From: a virus
Taxonomy: Duplodnaviria; Caudoviricetes
Reading direction: 5' to 3' (one strand)
IMG/VR virus record: IMGVR_UViG_2917762859_000001
DNA: 64,000 nucleotides
The notes under the pieces are model-generated. The model worked only from the letters and a program-made list of their open reading frames with translations, was not told the origin of the DNA and made no database searches. A program made the position numbers and the translations under genes. Shown here piece after piece: positions 59,493 through 64,000 of the stretch; within the stretch, counting starts at the first letter, position 1; every line of letters starts with the position of its first letter.

Positions 59493-60087
59493 AAAAGAAA
59501 CACGATGTTATGTCGGTGAGGTTCGGGCGGAAGCAGGAGAAGAAAATAAACCGACACATATCGTGGGTTTAGGCTCTGTTTTCGATTCCCGATCTGAGCT
59601 GATTTATGGGTTCCGTGAAATCATTAAGCCGGGCGCATTTGATGATGTACTCAATGATGATGTGCGCGGGTTATTTAATCACGATCCAAATTATATTTTA
59701 GGGCGAACAACCGCAGGAACCTTGTCGCTTAGCGTCAATGAACGTGGGCTTGTTTACGATATTACGGCACCTGATACACAAACCATTCGTGATTTAGTGT
59801 TGGCACCGATGCAACGTGGCGATATCAATCAAAGTTCTTTTGCATTTCGAGTGGCGCGGGACGGTGAAGACTGGTACCAGGATGATGAGGGTGTTGTTAT
59901 TCGTGAAATAACCCGATTTTCTCGACTCTATGATGTCAGTCCTGTCACCTATCCTGCGTATCAAGATGCAGACTCTGCAGTTCGTTCAATGAATGCATGG
60001 AAAGAAGCCAGAGATAGTGGCGATCTCCAAAAAGCAATTAATCAAAAATTGGCGCGTGAGCGTCTTATGACTTTACTCAATGCATAA
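59482..60087 (+). CDS. Prohead protease, HK97 family
   Basis: LFNHD, SSFAF and DVSPVTYPAY motifs. Confidence 0.95.
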   Translation: MSSEKETRCYVGEVRAEAGEENKPTHIVGLGSVFDSRSELIYGFREIIKPGAFDDVLNDDVRGLFNHDPNYILGRTTAGTLSLSVNERGLVYDITAPDTQTIRDLVLAPMQRGDINQSSFAFRVARDGEDWYQDDEGVVIREITRFSRLYDVSPVTYPAYQDADSAVRSMNAWKEARDSGDLQKAINQKLARERLMTLLNA

Positions 60088-60096
60088 GGTAATACT

Positions 60097-61326
60097 ATGA
60101 CTATGAAGCTTCATGAATTAAAACAAAAACGTAACACTATCGCGATTGATATGCGCGCCATTCACGAAAAAGTGGGTGATGGTGTGATGACTGAAGAGCA
60201 ACGCACTCAATGGAATAAAGCGCAAACTGAACTTGAAAATTTAGATGCTCAGATTCAGCGTGAAGAGCAACTACGCTCATTAGATCAAGATTTGGTTGAT
60301 GACAAAGAGAAAGAACAGCGTGGTCAACAACCGAATAACCCTGAAACAGAGCAAGCAGAGCGTCGCAATCAAGCGTTTGACCGCTTCCTGCGCTGTGGTT
60401 TTGGTGAACTCACTGCAGAAGAGCGCCAAGCGGTCAAAGAACTTCGTGCACAGGGTACTTCGCCCGATGAGAAAGGTGGCTATACCGTTCCTACTCAGAT
60501 GTTGAATAAAATTGTTGATCAAATGAAAGCCTATGGCGGTATTGCAAGTGTGGCTCAAATTTTATCAACTGCCACCGGTCAAGATATTACCTGGTCAACA
60601 TCCGATGGTACTGATGAAGAAGGTGAATTACTGGGCGAAAATACCGCAGCAGGTGAGCAAGATGTTGAGTTTGGTACTGCCATTTTAGGGGCTAAAAAAC
60701 TTACATCAAAAATTATTCGCGTTTCGAACGAATTATTGCAAGATAGTGGTGTAGATATTCAAGCGTATCTGGCTTCACGTATTGCTCAGCGCATTGGTCG
60801 TGGTGAAGCTAAATACTTGATTAAAGGCACTGGAAAAGGATCACCTGTACAGCCATCAGGTTTAGAAACCTCAGTGACAAATACGGTTGATGTAGCCGGC
60901 GCCTCATTAAGTTGGAAAGATATTACCGAGTTAGAACATGCGATTGATCCTGCGTACCGTAATAGCCCTAAATTCCGTCTTGCTTTTAATGATGATACGT
61001 TGAAAAACCTAAAGTTAATGGAAGATGCGCAAAAACGCCCTTTATGGCTTCCGTCTATTTCGGGTGTCGCACCCGCTCAAATTTTAGGTATGCAATATGT
61101 TGTTGATCAGGCTATCGACAAAATGGAAGCGGGTAAAAAATTCATCTTCTGTGGTGACTTTGACCGCTTCATTTTACGTCGTGTGACCTACATGACGTTG
61201 AAGCGTTTAGTTGAACGTTACGCAGAATATGACCAAACTGCGTTCTTAGCTTTCCATCGTTTTGATTGCGTACTTGAAGATACTTCTGCAATTAAAGCGC
61301 TGGTGGGTAAAAGCGCGACAAAATAG
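60097..61326 (+). CDS. Major capsid protein, HK97 fold
   Basis: Delta-domain coiled coil; GGYTVP; VSNELLQDS. Confidence 0.95.
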   Translation: MTMKLHELKQKRNTIAIDMRAIHEKVGDGVMTEEQRTQWNKAQTELENLDAQIQREEQLRSLDQDLVDDKEKEQRGQQPNNPETEQAERRNQAFDRFLRCGFGELTAEERQAVKELRAQGTSPDEKGGYTVPTQMLNKIVDQMKAYGGIASVAQILSTATGQDITWSTSDGTDEEGELLGENTAAGEQDVEFGTAILGAKKLTSKIIRVSNELLQDSGVDIQAYLASRIAQRIGRGEAKYLIKGTGKGSPVQPSGLETSVTNTVDVAGASLSWKDITELEHAIDPAYRNSPKFRLAFNDDTLKNLKLMEDAQKRPLWLPSISGVAPAQILGMQYVVDQAIDKMEAGKKFIFCGDFDRFILRRVTYMTLKRLVERYAEYDQTAFLAFHRFDCVLEDTSAIKALVGKSATK

Positions 61327-61414
61327 TTTTAAATAACACTGAATCAATCAAGTACCGCTTAATTGCGGTTTTTTTGTGCCTGCGATCTGGATGGTCGCAG
61401 GTATTGGGGGATTT

Positions 61415-61717
61415 ATGCCATTACCCACACTGGAAAAATTAAAGCAGCAATGTCGATTGGATGAGGATAATACCTTAGAAGATGAATTGCTGAAAACTTA
61501 TCTGATGGCGGCGAAGCAACGAGCTGAAGGGTATACCAATCGACATCTCTACGAAAAGGATATTCCAGAGGGAGATCCTGACGGTCTATTAATCACTGAT
61601 GATATTGAATTGGCTCTTATGCTGGCCGTTGGTAATTTCTATGAAAATAGAGAAACAGCCATATTGCCAGCAGGATTTAAATTACTGCTCGATCCCTATC
61701 GTCATATTAATCTGTGA
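61415..61717 (+). CDS. Head-tail connector (gp6-like)
   Basis: KQQCRLD; FYENRE; LLDPYR. Confidence 0.9.
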   Translation: MPLPTLEKLKQQCRLDEDNTLEDELLKTYLMAAKQRAEGYTNRHLYEKDIPEGDPDGLLITDDIELALMLAVGNFYENRETAILPAGFKLLLDPYRHINL

Positions 61718-61720
61718 GGA

Positions 61721-62050
61721 ATGATGAAAGCCGGTGAACTTAATAAACGCATCTCTCTTTCTCACTATGTTACTGAACGTGATGATTTTGGGAGTCAAAA
61801 AGTCGTTTCAAAAAAAGTGGCAGAGGTATGGGCCAAAGCAGAATCGATGTCGAACCGTAAGATTCGTACAGCTGACCAAGATCAGGTAATTGAAACCTAT
61901 CAATTCACTGTTCGCCCTCGCTCTGATGTTGATATGGGGTGGCTGGTGGGCTATCAGGGGCGACTATTTACCGTTCGGGCTGTTGATCGTAATCAGTCAG
62001 ATAGAGCCATTATTACTACGGAGGCAAATATTCAACATGATAGAAGTTGA
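61721..62050 (+). CDS. Head closure protein
   Basis: MKAGELNKRI; VWAK. Confidence 0.88.
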   Translation: MMKAGELNKRISLSHYVTERDDFGSQKVVSKKVAEVWAKAESMSNRKIRTADQDQVIETYQFTVRPRSDVDMGWLVGYQGRLFTVRAVDRNQSDRAIITTEANIQHDRS

Positions 62051-62426
62051 TATTAAAGCCGATCTTGAGCGTATTACGGGGCTATTAGCTTATCCGCTGA
62101 AACTCCCTTCCGATAAATTAGAAGGAGTTATCTATCAACGGATTAGTGATCCAAAGATAGACTCTGGATTAGCCCGCACATCACTGGTTCAAGCTCGTTT
62201 CCAAATCGTTATTCAAATTTCCGATGATTACCCAAAAGCATTAAAACTGGAATCGACACTCTGTCGTGAATGGGAAGCCATTCAACATGGTTATATTGGC
62301 AACTACCCTGTTCAAACTGTTCAGCGAGGTAACTTTCTGCAGGACATGACTGAGCAAACGGAAAATCGCAAAATCTACCGTATTTATCGTGATTTTATTA
62401 TCACTTATCCCGAGGATGCAACGTGA
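62037..62426 (+). CDS. Tail terminator
   Basis: YQRIS; RFQI; position. Confidence 0.7.
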   Translation: MIEVDIKADLERITGLLAYPLKLPSDKLEGVIYQRISDPKIDSGLARTSLVQARFQIVIQISDDYPKALKLESTLCREWEAIQHGYIGNYPVQTVQRGNFLQDMTEQTENRKIYRIYRDFIITYPEDAT

Positions 62427-62827
62427 TAACCAACCTTAGCGTGACAGGGTTGGATGAATTAGGTCGGAAATTAAAACAGTTAGAAGTTGAGTTAAAAACC
62501 AAGATATTACGTGAAGCAGGGCGAGAAGCCATGCAAGTTGTGAAAGATGATATGGAAGCGCATGCAGGGTTTGATGCAAAAAGCACTGAGCCTCATATGC
62601 GAGACAATATCACCATCAAAACGACACGAGTAAAAAACACGAATGGGGCTGTTATGGTCACCGTAGGACCGACAAAACCTCATTATATGAAAGCTCGCGC
62701 TCAAGAGTTCGGCACCATCAAACAAGTTGCCCGTCCTTTTATTCGTCCAGCCCTCGATTACAACCAACGTGCGGTGCTCAATACCTTAACTGAGCATATT
62801 CGCCATGCCCTTTCTTTATATACTTAG
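62423..62827 (+). CDS. HK97 gp10-family protein
   Basis: EFGT...RPFIRPA. Confidence 0.88.
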   Translation: MITNLSVTGLDELGRKLKQLEVELKTKILREAGREAMQVVKDDMEAHAGFDAKSTEPHMRDNITIKTTRVKNTNGAVMVTVGPTKPHYMKARAQEFGTIKQVARPFIRPALDYNQRAVLNTLTEHIRHALSLYT

Positions 62828-62838
62828 GAGTAAAAATA

Positions 62839-63312
62839 ATGGCAGATCAAAAAACATCGCCAGAATACGCCATGCTTCCCGCAGGCACTATTGTGAAATT
62901 TGGTAAAGCAGGTGATACCGTTGAACAAATGAAGCCACTGGTTAACTGTAAGGCATTAGGTGCCACAGGACAATCAGGGAGCTTTGTTGACGTCACGACA
63001 CTCATCGATAAAAACAAACAATTTATTTCTGATTTACCTGAAGGACCTGAAAAGTCGTTAGGCTTCATTGATGATCCAGAAAATGAAAACTTTGTTGCGT
63101 TCTTGAATGCAGCAGAAAAGCGTGAAACGGTGCAGTTTTACTGCGAACTTCCTAATAAACGTACCGCAACGATGGTCCTTTCATTATCAGGCTGGGAATT
63201 AAATGACATCTCAGCGCCTGCTAATGAAGCCATCCAGATCACCGTAAAAGGAAAACAAAATAACCTTGTATGGGGAACTTCTTCTGCAACATCAACAGGA
63301 GATCAGGGTTAA
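62839..63312 (+). CDS. Tail tube protein
   Basis: VDVTTL motif; position. Confidence 0.8.
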   Translation: MADQKTSPEYAMLPAGTIVKFGKAGDTVEQMKPLVNCKALGATGQSGSFVDVTTLIDKNKQFISDLPEGPEKSLGFIDDPENENFVAFLNAAEKRETVQFYCELPNKRTATMVLSLSGWELNDISAPANEAIQITVKGKQNNLVWGTSSATSTGDQG

Positions 63313-63662
63313 TGAAAGGATTAAAAGCCTCTTTACTTACAGCGAAACCTCAAATTATCGAAGTCGATATTCTATGTGGAGTAAAGGTAAACATTCGTCG
63401 TATGACGGCTAACGAGTTGATGAATTTGGAACTTGAGGTTTCTGAATTAAATCAACATGGCAAATTACGTGAGGCATCATTACGTAACGTAGGTATGTTG
63501 CTGAATTGCTTGGTTGATGATGAAGGTAAGCCGATAAGTAAATCGTTACTACCCAAACCAGAAGAATTGGTTAACGTCCATGATAACGCGATCCTCATCG
63601 AAGCGATTAACGTCGTGAAGCAACACTCCATTGGCACGTTAGACGAGGCAAAAAAAAACTAA
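63312..63662 (+). CDS. Tail assembly chaperone G
   Basis: Ends EAKKN on a slippery A9C sequence. Confidence 0.8.
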   Translation: MKGLKASLLTAKPQIIEVDILCGVKVNIRRMTANELMNLELEVSELNQHGKLREASLRNVGMLLNCLVDDEGKPISKSLLPKPEELVNVHDNAILIEAINVVKQHSIGTLDEAKKN

Positions 63663-63916
63663 CGGATAGCCCATTACTCTATTTTGCTTATCAACTTTCT
63701 GAAGAGTTGGGTGAAATTGATCCCTATCGCGTTCTCAATTTGCCTGCCAATACATTACTGGGTTGGCAGGCTTATTTTGCGCTCAAATCAGAAAAACCAG
63801 GTGTAATACCACCATCAGATATACCTCCCTCTCCTGAAAGCGCACATCAACCAACAAGCACCTCTAAATCTGTTGAGCAGCAATGTTCTGACGTAATGAG
63901 AATGATAGGAAGATAA
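63650..63916 (+). CDS. Tail chaperone T frame, reached by programmed -1 frameshift
   Basis: A9C at 63650-63659; -1 frame KKLTDSPLLYFAYQLSEELGEIDPY is open to 63916. Confidence 0.8.
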   Translation, partial: KKKLTDSPLLYFAYQLSEELGEIDPYRVLNLPANTLLGWQAYFALKSEKPGVIPPSDIPPSPESAHQPTSTSKSVEQQCSDVMRMIGR

Positions 63917-63920
63917 TATT

Positions 63921-64000
63921 ATGGCCACTAATTTAGCCGATTTACGGGTTGGGCTATTGCTGAATGACGCCAGTTTTAGAAGCAATATTACAGGCGCATT
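63921..64000 (+). CDS. Tape measure protein, 5' end only
   Basis: MATNLADLRVGLLLNDASF after the chaperones. Confidence 0.75.
   Translation, partial: MATNLADLRVGLLLNDASFRSNITGA

Larger units (their letters stand above)
38062..64000. mobile_element. Prophage 2, lambdoid with HK97-type head; continues beyond the window
   Basis: xis-early left-cI/cro-helicase/primase-Q-lysis-HNH-terminase-head-tail order. Confidence 0.93.

Noticed and set aside
638-63637. Many 60-120 aa ORFs antisense or out of frame within larger genes
   Set aside because: No RBS or motifs, so treated as shadow ORFs; only Rz1 and the tail T frame were kept
63650-63662. A9 run as an error or a novelty
   Set aside because: Matches the well-known G/GT programmed -1 frameshift of long-tailed phages

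Overview
AT-rich enterobacterial DNA (the composition suggests Proteus/Morganellaceae; this is inference) consisting entirely of two tandem lambdoid prophages. They meet at a 45-bp 3' fragment of tRNA-Arg(UCU) at 38017-38061. Prophage 1 (1-38061) has a DLP12/P22-type integrase, two DNA methyltransferases, a recombination module, HK022-like immunity, O/DnaB replication, nin genes, a Q21-like antiterminator, a lysis cassette and a PBSX-terminase head module. Its tail module has lost the tape-measure and tail-tip genes at about 31750, and it ends with a tailspike and two O-acyltransferase morons. Prophage 2 (38062 to beyond 64000) has an AlpA-type excisionase, a LexA-boxed TPR-like/HEPN gene pair, cI/cro, helicase-primase replication, Q, a cobalamin-independent methionine-synthase-like moron, lysis genes and HK97-type head and tail genes. 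The most interesting signals are: (1) methionine-regulon motifs in prophage 2 (MetR-like boxes at the moron, MetJ-like boxes around a G-rich origin); (2) three structured-RNA architectures that occur in both otherwise divergent prophages with compensatory changes; (3) palindromes at equivalent positions inside all three antirepressor-like genes; (4) the HEPN pair; (5) a nuclease-like insert in the replication initiator; (6) an inverted MazG-like gene duplication. All calls come from reading motifs by eye; no searches were run.
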